Shown: positions 9,798-18,006 of the stretch, piece by piece
How positions within the stretch are numbered: position 1 is the first letter of the stretch
How the letters are laid out: every line of letters starts with the position of its first letter
Source: a virus
Reading direction: 5' to 3' (one strand)
Length of the DNA stretch: 64,000 nt
Virus record (IMG/VR): IMGVR_UViG_3300045988_017048
Span: 32,001-96,000 of that record
Program-made: the position numbers and the translations under genes
The notes under the pieces: model-generated
What the model was told of the DNA's origin: nothing
The model's input: the letters and a program-made list of their open reading frames with translations, nothing else
Databases searched by the model: none

Positions 9798-9988
9798 ATT
9801 ACAAATAGTTGTATGTAATTTCTTACTACCATAGGCTCATTGATAAAATGATTCCATTGGTGTTTATTATACCATAATAGAATCTTATATCTATTGCCTA
9901 CTACTATTATATCTATTGATGGCTCATAATGATTAAATAGGACCATCGCGTATATTATGAGTAAAACTATAATCCATATCCTTGTCAT
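9794..9988 (-). CDS. hypothetical small membrane protein
   Basis: 64 aa with an N-terminal hydrophobic helix. ATGA-type overlap with the next gene. Confidence 0.4.
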   Translation of the reverse strand: MTRIWIIVLLIIYAMVLFNHYEPSIDIIVVGNRYKILLWYNKHQWNHFINEPMVVRNYIQLFVI

Positions 9989-10002
9989 AAATTACTTTTT
10001 TT

Positions 10003-10563
10003 TTATTCATCCTCTTTTGGTTCAGGACAACATACTACATACCTAAATCTTGAACAAATTCCTTTCCATTTTTTATAGTCCATACATGAGTTCTTTTTCA
10101 GCGATTTTTCATCAATGAAGTTACTTACACAAAGCATATCATACTTCTCAGTAGGATGATGAATTATCCCAAAGTACCTATCCAGTTCCTGTATAACTGC
10201 TTCAATAGTTTCACCTGATGATATAAAGTCATCCACAACTATAAACCTTGTAGCACCAACCTCATCAATTCCTCTCAATGAAGAACAATGAGCACCATCT
10301 TCCTTCTTCCTGACAATCAAGATATAGGTTCTAATAGTTGGATTAATGTTATGTAGCTCATTAAGCATAGCACCTGCAATCATGGCTCCTGATGTGCCTC
10401 TTGCTACAAAAGTAATGCTTGTACCTTTCTCAATGTCTTCTTTATATGTATTGAAGATTGCTTCTGCACATTGTTGTATATAACTATGCCTCCAATAAAC
10501 ACCAAATGGATATTCTACGCTAATAAAATGGTCAAGATGTATAAATTTAGGAATATATCCCAT
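10003..10563 (-). CDS. type I phosphoribosyltransferase
   Basis: PRPP-binding motif RFIVVDDFISSGETIEAV. The 186 aa size is typical of type I PRTases. Confidence 0.7.
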   Translation of the reverse strand: MGYIPKFIHLDHFISVEYPFGVYWRHSYIQQCAEAIFNTYKEDIEKGTSITFVARGTSGAMIAGAMLNELHNINPTIRTYILIVRKKEDGAHCSSLRGIDEVGATRFIVVDDFISSGETIEAVIQELDRYFGIIHHPTEKYDMLCVSNFIDEKSLKKNSCMDYKKWKGICSRFRYVVCCPEPKEDE

Positions 10564-10600
10564 AGTCTCTTAGTTTTATCCTACTTATTCAGTAGGTTGT

Positions 10601-10641
10601 AAAAAAAAGAAGGACAAGGATATTATAGTACCCTTGTCCTT
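10601..10641 (-). terminator. intrinsic terminator after 10662..11096
   Basis: 10 bp stem AAGGACAAGG/CCTTGTCCTT, followed on the minus strand by a T8 run. Confidence 0.7.
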
Positions 10642-10661
10642 TGCTATAAGAATATTCCCAG

Positions 10662-11096
10662 TTAGTCCTCAAACACTTGATAAGTGTACGAAGTACCCCC
10701 AAGATGTTCTACTGTTCTCTGCAAATGAGCTTCAAGTCTTTCCTTTTCACTCATTGCAGCCCACTTGCCAGGCTTAGACCATGAAGGACAAGAATCCTTG
10801 TCAATCATGTACTCATAAGCCTCTTTGCTCATGTTCAGGGACTGTGTAGCTGGCTTGCACTTCCTTGTATAGAAAGTGATAATCTCTGGGTTGGTACCAT
10901 CCTTGTTAATCACTCTCATAGAGCACTTCTCCATCTTATCCCAATCCTCTACCTTTACCTTAATGGTTTTCTTGTAAATTTTACCAGATTTGGTCTTCTT
11001 CTCAATCACTTTGTGAGTTGTTTTAAGGCACTCCTCCTTGCTGAACATTGTGCTTCCTTGAAGCTCAATACTCAGACTTAACTTGATTTCACTCAT
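10662..11096 (-). CDS. hypothetical protein
   Basis: 144 aa ORF followed by a terminator. Confidence 0.6.
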   Translation of the reverse strand: MSEIKLSLSIELQGSTMFSKEECLKTTHKVIEKKTKSGKIYKKTIKVKVEDWDKMEKCSMRVINKDGTNPEIITFYTRKCKPATQSLNMSKEAYEYMIDKDSCPSWSKPGKWAAMSEKERLEAHLQRTVEHLGGTSYTYQVFED

Positions 11097-11101
11097 GTTT
11101 A

Positions 11102-11467
11102 TTAATCTTCTTCAGATTCTTTCTTCATAGTTGCAGCAAGCAAAAGGGCAGCTATTGTATCTTCTGCTGTGGCTTCTCCCTTATCTACCTTTTCTTTCAG
11201 TTCCTCTACCATTTTGACACGGAGAGTATACTTCAAGGCTTCAGTAACACTCACCAACTCTTTTGCATTGAGGAATATTGCACTTGTTATAATCACCTCA
11301 ATAGGTGCCTGTACTGTCTTGCCTTTGTAGCTTTCTACCAAGTTTTCAACAAGTTCAACATTGGTTAAACTACCACTCTCTTTGCCACCTTCAATGGCTT
11401 TCATAGCATTCTCAAAATGCTTCTGTTCCAGATTTCTTTCCAGAACCTTTTCTTCATTCTTTTCCAT
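11102..11467 (-). CDS. hypothetical acidic protein
   Basis: 121 aa ORF with an A-run before the ATG. Confidence 0.55.
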   Translation of the reverse strand: MEKNEEKVLERNLEQKHFENAMKAIEGGKESGSLTNVELVENLVESYKGKTVQAPIEVIITSAIFLNAKELVSVTEALKYTLRVKMVEELKEKVDKGEATAEDTIAALLLAATMKKESEED

Positions 11468-11496
11468 TTTTTTTTAGAAATGAAACAATAAATGTA

Positions 11497-11565
11497 GTGT
11501 ATCTTAAGACTCGAACCTAACCTCTAACCCAACAGTTAGTGTGCTACCAATTACACCAAGATACA
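11497..11565 (-). tRNA. tRNA-like element with a non-canonical anticodon arm (possible pseudo-tRNA)
   Basis: Minus strand: acceptor TGTATCT/AGATACA, D-arm GTGT-AATTGGTA-GCAC, T-arm (T)TAGG-TTCGAGT-CTTA(A). The anticodon stem CTAAC/GTTAG encloses only 6 nt (TGTTGG). Total length about 69 nt. Confidence 0.45.
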
Positions 11566-11823
11566 AAGACAAGTTACACATAGCAAGTATCTACCAATAC
11601 AAAACCAATATCAATAGCAAGAACCTGTTACTCCATCAAGAACAAGAACATCCCTCCATCAGTCAGACTTCATAGGGTTGATTATTTGGAATAACAGACT
11701 ATCTAATGGCTGAGCATTAGATATATTACTTTGCATTAGCAATCATGTATATTCTTATTAATAAGAACAGATACCTGCCATGTGTATTCAATAAGGTTAG
11801 GGATTAATATCCCAAGTCCTTAT

Positions 11824-12723
11824 TTACTTGCCCAAAGAGTTGATAGTATTATAAATACCCAACAGTGAGTTAGGTACTACAATCTTCAACTTGCTGTACT
11901 CTTGAGATTTCTCATCCTTCCATGTCTTGAAGGCTCCCAATACATCTTTGAGTTCAGCTTGGTACTTCTGTGAAGCAGCCATATACTCTGTGTTCACCTT
12001 ATTGGTGGACTCATTAATAGCTTGTTCACAACTGTATTTCATAGCATTCAGTTGAGCCTGTACTTCTCTGTGCTTCTTTTGAAGCTCAAAGAATATATTA
12101 TCCACCTTTGTTACATCCACAGTAGGAATATAGGTATAGATGAAAGCATCCCTACCTTTACCATCTACCTTATGTGGGTGTTGGAGCTTATCTTTCAACT
12201 CCTTTCTTGCATCAGACAAGTGTCCTTCAGGATGAATATACTTGCCAAATACAGCAGCCTCAGCCTCTAACTGATAGTATCTATTTCTCTCCTTAATAGG
12301 AAGAGAATCATAATACTCTGCCTCAGTTAATACATGACCTCGGTTAGGAGCCTCAGGCTTAACTATTCCACTCTCCTTGTACCAGTCTTCAAGACTAATA
12401 GTCTGTAGGCCTTTCATCAAATTCTCCTTAGCTTTGATAGCTTCTCTCAACCAAGCTATAAGGGACTTAACCTGTGCTACCCCCTCAAGCATTGACTGTA
12501 GATTATTCAAGGCTTCAGGTGATACTCCTGCCTGAATGGTGATTGCATCACCAACACTACCTACTAATGCTACCTCAGCATAGAAGAAGCATATATTATT
12601 CAGTTGTGTCTCCACACCTTGGATATACTCCTTAGCTAAGTTAGCAATGTGGTTAGCACTTGTAGAAGTTAAGGCTACTCCTTCTTCACCTTCCTTCTTG
12701 AAGAAAACTAAATCCTCTTGCAT
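11824..12723 (-). CDS. hypothetical protein
   Basis: 299 aa ORF. A weak hairpin (GGGAT-TAAT-ATCCC) lies just downstream. Confidence 0.65.
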   Translation of the reverse strand: MQEDLVFFKKEGEEGVALTSTSANHIANLAKEYIQGVETQLNNICFFYAEVALVGSVGDAITIQAGVSPEALNNLQSMLEGVAQVKSLIAWLREAIKAKENLMKGLQTISLEDWYKESGIVKPEAPNRGHVLTEAEYYDSLPIKERNRYYQLEAEAAVFGKYIHPEGHLSDARKELKDKLQHPHKVDGKGRDAFIYTYIPTVDVTKVDNIFFELQKKHREVQAQLNAMKYSCEQAINESTNKVNTEYMAASQKYQAELKDVLGAFKTWKDEKSQEYSKLKIVVPNSLLGIYNTINSLGK

Positions 12724-12738
12724 ATCTTACTGTTTTAA

Positions 12739-13134
12739 TTATTCGTGTAAATGTTTTAAGTAATTCTTATCTAAGTCAGGATGTTTGTGTATTAAGAATC
12801 TGCAACTTATACACACTATCAGGTGAGCTACACCTTCTGCTGCTATAATTCCTATTACAATATCCTGCCACTTAGGAAGTGAATCCCAGCTTGTCAAGAA
12901 GAGTACAAGAATGAGCATGGTTATCCAAAAAGTACTGCAATAGATGCAGAATCCCAATGGATATGCTATAAAATGTAAGAACCTATTGCCACTTTTAACC
13001 ATAGGTATAAACACTTTACTGTACAAAGGATAGAATATCATATCCTCAACCTTCAGGCAATTCCTATAGAATATGCCTAATAGTCCACCTATTACTCCCA
13101 ATAGCATGAACTCAAACATTAATACATAAAACAT
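12739..13134 (-). CDS. multi-pass membrane protein
   Basis: 131 aa with about four hydrophobic helices. Confidence 0.55.
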   Translation of the reverse strand: MFYVLMFEFMLLGVIGGLLGIFYRNCLKVEDMIFYPLYSKVFIPMVKSGNRFLHFIAYPLGFCIYCSTFWITMLILVLFLTSWDSLPKWQDIVIGIIAAEGVAHLIVCISCRFLIHKHPDLDKNYLKHLHE

Positions 13135-13167
13135 ACTTTTTTTTTAGTTAATACTAAGATTGTTTTG

Positions 13168-13548
13168 TGGAGCATAGGGGAGTCGAACCCCTGTCTTACC
13201 AATCTTTAATAAAAGAATTACACATGCTTACTACTTTTTAATGTGGTTAGTTACCCACTGGGCTGACTGGATTTACAGCATTTCCACCACCTTATTTTAT
13301 TGTCCATAAACAAGGAAAAAGTTGAGTTACCTTCTGTGAGACCACAGCCTATTAATGCTCTTAAAGTCGGACCCTCAGCCTTAGTCTTCATTCAGGCTTT
13401 GCACCTTTCTGTTTCCAAGTAAGTGCTACTCAGCCTATTTAGGCAGCAACTCTATAAGAAGTATTGCCAGTTATTGTTTTGATGTCTTTCCATCAGTCTT
13501 TGCATGTTCTCTTACCAAATAATTAGCAATCAAAACCAAAAATGCCCC
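13168..13548 (-). ncRNA. ssrA: tmRNA (transfer-messenger RNA, ssrA-like)
   Basis: Minus strand: the 5' GGGGCAT pairs with the 3' ATGCTCC-A, including a G3:U70 pair. T-arm AGGGG-TTCGACT-CCCCT. The 5' proximal GGTTTTGA resembles the tmRNA GGnUUCGAC/GGUUUUGAC element. An internal tag frame GGC AAT ACT TCT TAT AGA GTT GCT GCC TAA (13468..13439) encodes GNTSYRVAA-stop. About 381 nt with no ORF. Confidence 0.8.
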
Positions 13549-13766
13549 TAATAAATGGATTCATTTTCTATTGAAAGAATGTCCTAACAAAGTCAAATAT
13601 TGTTTCTTCTTGAAACATCATTATTAAAGTCACTTAGCTTCCTCTTTATATCCCCACATTGAAGCAGTTGCATTTATTAAGTGGTGATAGCTTACCTATC
13701 AGCATCACATTTTGCTTTTCTTCAGGTTCCATGCTTAGTAGAAATAGTGAGCTAAATCCACCATTG

Positions 13767-13838
13767 TATCTCCACTGAGACTCGAACTCAGATATATAGT
13801 TTAGAAGACTATTGTTCTATCCCTTGAACTATGGAGAC
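13767..13838 (-). tRNA. tRNA-Arg (anticodon UCU)
   Basis: Minus strand cloverleaf: GTCTCCA/TGGAGAT, anticodon arm ATAGT-CTTCTAA-ACTAT, T-arm CTGAG-TTCGAGT-CTCAG. Confidence 0.85.
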
Positions 13839-13956
13839 ATTATAAAAGAAGACCTATATTCACATACCAGCCTCCTGTAGCAATATTACTATTGCCTGAA
13901 CTAAAAATCCTTTGCTTAAAAACAATCAAATTGCCTTATATGAGTAAATACCTTAG

Positions 13957-14030
13957 TACTCCCTATTGGGCTTGAACCAATGACCTATGGTTTAGGAAAC
14001 CATTGCTCTATCCAACTGAGCTAAGGGAGC
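13957..14030 (-). tRNA. tRNA-Arg (anticodon CCU)
   Basis: Minus strand cloverleaf: GCTCCCT/AGGGAGT, D-arm GCTC-AGTTGGATA-GAGC, anticodon arm ATGGT-TTCCTAA-ACCAT, T-arm ATTGG-TTCAAGC-CCAAT. Confidence 0.85.
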
Positions 14031-14082
14031 AAATACTTCCACCATAGACAGTAGAAGTAAACTACACATGCTTATGCCATAA

Positions 14083-14475
14083 CTATTCCTCTACTTTCAT
14101 ACCGAAGGGTGTGCCATCAGTGAAAGTAAATTTTTCAAATACTTGTGCTAACTTCCACCAACTTCCATTGATAGATATTGGAAGGTCGTTGGCATCTTCT
14201 GAACCATCAAATACGTCAATCATTTTTGACCTTTCTGTATTTGTACTAATTATCCATCCGAATGGCTGATGTTTCAGCATCTCTTGCCAGCACTCTTCTG
14301 CATCCTTGAAAGGTCTGTAGGTAGGCTCTGGCTTGATACGAAACTCTTGTGTTCCATCAAAGAATGCTATAGCCTCAGCTGAATACCATCTTCCATTCTC
14401 CTTATATTGTATTTCTTTTCCTTCGCTAAATGCCTTAATAATAGGCAATAGCTTTGCTGCTTCATCTCTTCTCAT
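14083..14475 (-). CDS. hypothetical protein
   Basis: 130 aa ORF on the coding strand. Confidence 0.6.
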   Translation of the reverse strand: MRRDEAAKLLPIIKAFSEGKEIQYKENGRWYSAEAIAFFDGTQEFRIKPEPTYRPFKDAEECWQEMLKHQPFGWIISTNTERSKMIDVFDGSEDANDLPISINGSWWKLAQVFEKFTFTDGTPFGMKVEE

Positions 14476-14480
14476 ACGCT

Positions 14481-14642
14481 TTACTTAAATAATAAAAGCT
14501 TTCCTTTTTCAATGCCTATGGATTTAATTTCTCGATAGTGAGATTCCCTATCCCCATAAGGATTGATAACTACATCCTCTTTTATGCAAACATCCATATC
14601 TGGATTGAGTTGTAGAAACGCTGCTAATTCTTTTGCTTTCAT
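14481..14642 (-). CDS. hypothetical small protein (53 aa; below track threshold)
   Basis: Minus-strand ATG at 14642 (MKAKELAAFLQLNPDMDV...). It fills the gap between annotated ORFs. Confidence 0.4.
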   Translation of the reverse strand: MKAKELAAFLQLNPDMDVCIKEDVVINPYGDRESHYREIKSIGIEKGKLLLFK

Positions 14643-14647
14643 GTGAT

Positions 14648-14818
14648 TTACTCCTCAACTTTTTTAAATATTATATTTTTACCATCAGAACGGTCTGAAG
14701 CAGAACAATACTCATGACATGCTTCTCCTTCTATTGCAAAGAAACAGTCTTGACAAGAAATACATTCTACTTCAACTACTTCTAAGATAATTCTTTCTCC
14801 AACTTTAAGCTCTTTCAT
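14648..14818 (-). CDS. hypothetical small Cys-rich protein (56 aa; below track threshold)
   Basis: Minus-strand ATG at 14818 (MKELKVGERIILEVVEVECISCQDCFF...CHEYC). The CxxC-type cysteines suggest zinc binding. Confidence 0.4.
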   Translation of the reverse strand: MKELKVGERIILEVVEVECISCQDCFFAIEGEACHEYCSASDRSDGKNIIFKKVEE

Positions 14819-14830
14819 AACTCTATCTAT

Positions 14831-15139
14831 TTAAACAATTTTAAAAATAAGCACTCTTAAATCCTTCTCAATCCAGTAATCATAATGTGGAAAACTAGAA
14901 GTAATGCAGGAATATTTTTGAAGTGTGGGAAACGGGTTTTCATTGTTATACATTACTGTAATATAGTCTCCTGGTTCAAAGAATTTATCACCTCCACTGC
15001 CAAAAACCTCATCAGCATTCCAAGTATAATCGCTGCTGAATACCATCCAAAATTCTTTGTCAACCTCTTCATTGTTAATTGCCTCCAACAACATTACTAT
15101 TTGGGCTTTATCTATTGGTTGTAATTCTATCATATCCAT
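14831..15139 (-). CDS. hypothetical protein
   Basis: 102 aa ORF. Confidence 0.55.
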   Translation of the reverse strand: MDMIELQPIDKAQIVMLLEAINNEEVDKEFWMVFSSDYTWNADEVFGSGGDKFFEPGDYITVMYNNENPFPTLQKYSCITSSFPHYDYWIEKDLRVLIFKIV

Positions 15140-15276
15140 CCAATTAATTTACACATTATTAAATAAATGTTATAAGCATAGCAGTTGGACGGATGATTAT
15201 TACAGAAATCTCCTAAATCACTCATCCAATCCAATACCCACTTTGCATATAACAACAACCACAAGTCTCTTTTCAT
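15130..15276 (-). CDS. hypothetical small protein (48 aa; below track threshold)
   Basis: Minus-strand ATG at 15276 (MKRDLWLLLYAKWVLDW...). Its stop overlaps the next start (ATGGATATGA). Confidence 0.3.
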   Translation of the reverse strand: MKRDLWLLLYAKWVLDWMSDLGDFCNNHPSNCYAYNIYLIMCKLIGWI

Positions 15277-15487
15277 CCTTTCCATTCTTTAGTAGTGTCT
15301 ATTAAAGAGAGAGAGAAGTCTCTCATAGGGAATTTATGGTTTACTTCTTGATAGTTATTCAAGCATCTTGCAGGTTGCATATCCCCTTACCTACAATTAA
15401 CATGCACCAAGTTAAATGCTTGGGCTTTTCTAACCATACCAAATCTCGGGAATTTCTGGAATCTCCATAATCATACAATTTAATGTT

Positions 15488-16249
15488 CTAATCAAATAAG
15501 TTTTTCACTCTATCACCAAGAATCTTAGCTGCCTTGATTGCATCTTCTTGATTTCTGAAGTATACAATACCTGCATACTGTACAGTATTGTGCTGATATA
15601 CACCAACACCACTGCAAGTATCAACTACAGGACCACTGCCATTGTTATAATTGCCAAGGAAATATCCTGTATTGCTTGTAGTTTTCTTCCAAGAGCCATT
15701 GAAGAACTTAGCAATGACTGCCAAGTCTACAAGTGTATTATACTTCTCTGCTTCATCAACAGGGACATTGGCACAGAAGCATGTATTGCATACTTTACTG
15801 TTGATGTATTTGAAGTTGAGCTTCAATTCATCCTCAGTATATGCACTCAGTGCTAATGTACGCAATGTGCTATTACCACTATTATACCACTCTATTGCCT
15901 GTTCAAGTGTTACCTTGATGTTTCTTTTCTCTTCCATGTTATTTGTTCTTTGTTTGTCAATGTCAAAATCACTTCCTACCAAGCTACCATTAACCAATCC
16001 AGTAGGCTGGGTAATAACCTGTCCATTTACCTTGGTAATGTAGATGTCTTTCAGTGTTATTCCTTGTTGAACTCTATCAGTATCATAAGTAAACCCTACT
16101 ACCATCATCCCAGTAGTGTATCTTGGGTCTTCTACCATATCATAAAGAGATACAGTATCATAGTTGCACAAGAATTTATATCTCTTATATGAAGCTATTT
16201 GATAGAAAGGTTCTTTTCTGTGTGTGAAAATTACAGTTATTGTTCGCAT
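15488..16249 (-). CDS. hypothetical protein
   Basis: 253 aa ORF. A weak hairpin (GAGAGA-CTTC-TCTCTC plus a T-rich tail) lies downstream at about 15309-15324. Confidence 0.65.
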   Translation of the reverse strand: MRTITVIFTHRKEPFYQIASYKRYKFLCNYDTVSLYDMVEDPRYTTGMMVVGFTYDTDRVQQGITLKDIYITKVNGQVITQPTGLVNGSLVGSDFDIDKQRTNNMEEKRNIKVTLEQAIEWYNSGNSTLRTLALSAYTEDELKLNFKYINSKVCNTCFCANVPVDEAEKYNTLVDLAVIAKFFNGSWKKTTSNTGYFLGNYNNGSGPVVDTCSGVGVYQHNTVQYAGIVYFRNQEDAIKAAKILGDRVKNLFD

Positions 16250-16518
16250 GATTCTTCTCCTATTATTTTGTTAAACCACATGTACAAAGACAATACTTCA
16301 AACTCTTTCTTTGAGATTAGCTTATAGCAACAGAATATCATTACTGCAACAGCTATAAAAGTCTGAAAGAAATATCCATTGTCATAGATGCTATCTACTC
16401 CTCCTACAAAGAGTATAGTTACAAAGCCTGTTGTCCATAACAATATGCCTTTGATTATAAACTTAAATTTGTTCATTTTGTTTAATTGCTTGTTAAGTTG
16501 AAAATAATTCAAGCACAT
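16237..16518 (-). CDS. small membrane protein
   Basis: 93 aa with two hydrophobic helices. Confidence 0.5.
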   Translation of the reverse strand: MCLNYFQLNKQLNKMNKFKFIIKGILLWTTGFVTILFVGGVDSIYDNGYFFQTFIAVAVMIFCCYKLISKKEFEVLSLYMWFNKIIGEESCEQ

Positions 16519-16747
16519 CTTCTGTACTAAATTCTACCTTATTCTTATAGTCTATGTTAGACTTACTCATAGATTCACTGCCTTGATTATTCATAATGTT
16601 GCTATGAGCTAAGGTATTATTATGTACAGAGATGTGCTTTATATATTCATCAATGACCAATCCCACACTCTTGTCAAGAAGAGCATGAGATTGGGCAAAG
16701 ATGTATAACTCTCTAATTGTCACTGTTATATCTTTTATGGAATCCAT
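16493..16747 (-). CDS. hypothetical protein
   Basis: 84 aa ORF, overlapping and coupled. Confidence 0.45.
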   Translation of the reverse strand: MDSIKDITVTIRELYIFAQSHALLDKSVGLVIDEYIKHISVHNNTLAHSNIMNNQGSESMSKSNIDYKNKVEFSTEDVLELFST

Positions 16748-16970
16748 CTAAGAAAGTAGAGTCAAGCTCATATCTAAGATTAAGATAATCAGACATATAA
16801 TCTGAACCATCTTTATCCCAAATCCCATTGTTATCCAGTATATTGTCTGAATAATTTAGGCACTTATCCATCAGTCTTATTGTATCATTCTGTTTGGATA
16901 TTGTTTCACCCATTGCTACTATTATCAGTAATAGAGCAAAAGATAAAAGTGTAATTATTATCTTATACAT
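16713..16970 (-). CDS. small secreted/membrane-anchored protein
   Basis: 85 aa with an N-terminal hydrophobic signal-like helix (MYKIIITLLSFALLLIIVAMG). Confidence 0.45.
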   Translation of the reverse strand: MYKIIITLLSFALLLIIVAMGETISKQNDTIRLMDKCLNYSDNILDNNGIWDKDGSDYMSDYLNLRYELDSTFLDGFHKRYNSDN

Positions 16971-16981
16971 TGTTATCTATT

Positions 16982-17257
16982 TTATTGTTCAGTATCTATC
17001 AAATCTTCTATTATTATACAAGGTATCTTGTCTAGATTTAATTGATACTTACATACTTTGAAGCCTGTAATATCTAGGAGTTTTTCTATTTCCTTAAATG
17101 TAGTTAGTGTAATGTAGACTTCTTCATAGAATGATTCACCTAGAAAATATTCTTTGGCTCCAGTATTTCTGACTTTGAAACCTTTTCTTTTTAAGAAGTT
17201 ATATATTTCTACATTGACTCCTAAGGAGTTGCCTCTCTCTAATAATTGAAACTTCAT
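16982..17257 (-). CDS. hypothetical protein
   Basis: 91 aa ORF. Confidence 0.5.
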   Translation of the reverse strand: MKFQLLERGNSLGVNVEIYNFLKRKGFKVRNTGAKEYFLGESFYEEVYITLTTFKEIEKLLDITGFKVCKYQLNLDKIPCIIIEDLIDTEQ

Positions 17258-17268
17258 ATATTTAATAA

Positions 17269-17370
17269 CTATTTATTTAATTGTTCGTTGGTACTTTTGG
17301 CATATTCTATCAATAAATATATGAATAGAATGCCAAGAATTTGTGCAAGGATGAATAGGATTATTTCCAT
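17269..17370 (-). CDS. possible 33 aa single-helix membrane peptide (below track threshold)
   Basis: Minus-strand ATG at 17370 (MEIILFILAQILGILFIYLLIEYAK...). It overlaps the upstream stop. Confidence 0.3.
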   Translation of the reverse strand: MEIILFILAQILGILFIYLLIEYAKSTNEQLNK

Positions 17371-17597
17371 ATTATAGTCACCTCCTTTTCAAGTCTTGTT
17401 ACTTCCATTGGTGTAATAGCCATCAAGTTACCAAATACTTTGATATATGCCTGTTTCTTGATAACTATTTCCTTCTTTGTTGTCATTTCCATGAATACTT
17501 TATGATTTCTCTTCAACATATCCATGTGTAATTTCTTTGATTGCTTGTAATTCTTTGAACTACATACTGCATTAGGATTTACTCTGCATCTTGCCAT
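17361..17597 (-). CDS. hypothetical basic protein
   Basis: 78 aa ORF. Confidence 0.45.
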   Translation of the reverse strand: MARCRVNPNAVCSSKNYKQSKKLHMDMLKRNHKVFMEMTTKKEIVIKKQAYIKVFGNLMAITPMEVTRLEKEVTIIWK

Positions 17598-17600
17598 AAC

Positions 17601-17792
17601 TTAGTCCATCATTAAGTCCCATAAATATGATTCATACTCACATGCAATTTCACTATAAGTTAGTTTGGCTTCCTCTAAATACTCTGAGAGGAAATTACTT
17701 ACTTGTTGGAAATTGTTAATATCACCACTGAAGGTGACATTAAGCCACTGCTCACAAAAGTGAACAGCAGCTTTCTGTCTGTCTGTAGTCAT
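17601..17792 (-). CDS. hypothetical acidic protein
   Basis: 63 aa ORF, coupled to its neighbours. Confidence 0.45.
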   Translation of the reverse strand: MTTDRQKAAVHFCEQWLNVTFSGDINNFQQVSNFLSEYLEEAKLTYSEIACEYESYLWDLMMD

Positions 17793-17977
17793 AATCCTAT
17801 TCCTTTGACAAGTTTATATGGTATATATACTGAATCACTAACAGATACTCCATGTTTGTGATACTTTATAGTATCCCACTCTGAGATACAAGCACACATA
17901 CCATTTTTACCTATTATAGTGCAAAAGCCTTTACTATTCTTCAAGACTTTCTTTATTCCTCTAACACTTTTGCTCAT
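17789..17977 (-). CDS. hypothetical protein
   Basis: 62 aa ORF. It is the first ORF downstream of the long non-coding region. Confidence 0.45.
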   Translation of the reverse strand: MSKSVRGIKKVLKNSKGFCTIIGKNGMCACISEWDTIKYHKHGVSVSDSVYIPYKLVKGIGL

Positions 17978-18006
17978 TTGATTGTTTGTTTATGGATTGA
18001 TAAAAG

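Noticed and set aside
13549-13766. A possible additional ncRNA or a 26-codon ORF between the tmRNA and tRNA-Arg.
   Set aside because: Only weak hairpins are present (TGTTTC-TTCT-TGAAACA; an imperfect GTGAT...ATCAC). There is nothing diagnostic. It is more likely precursor or spacer sequence.
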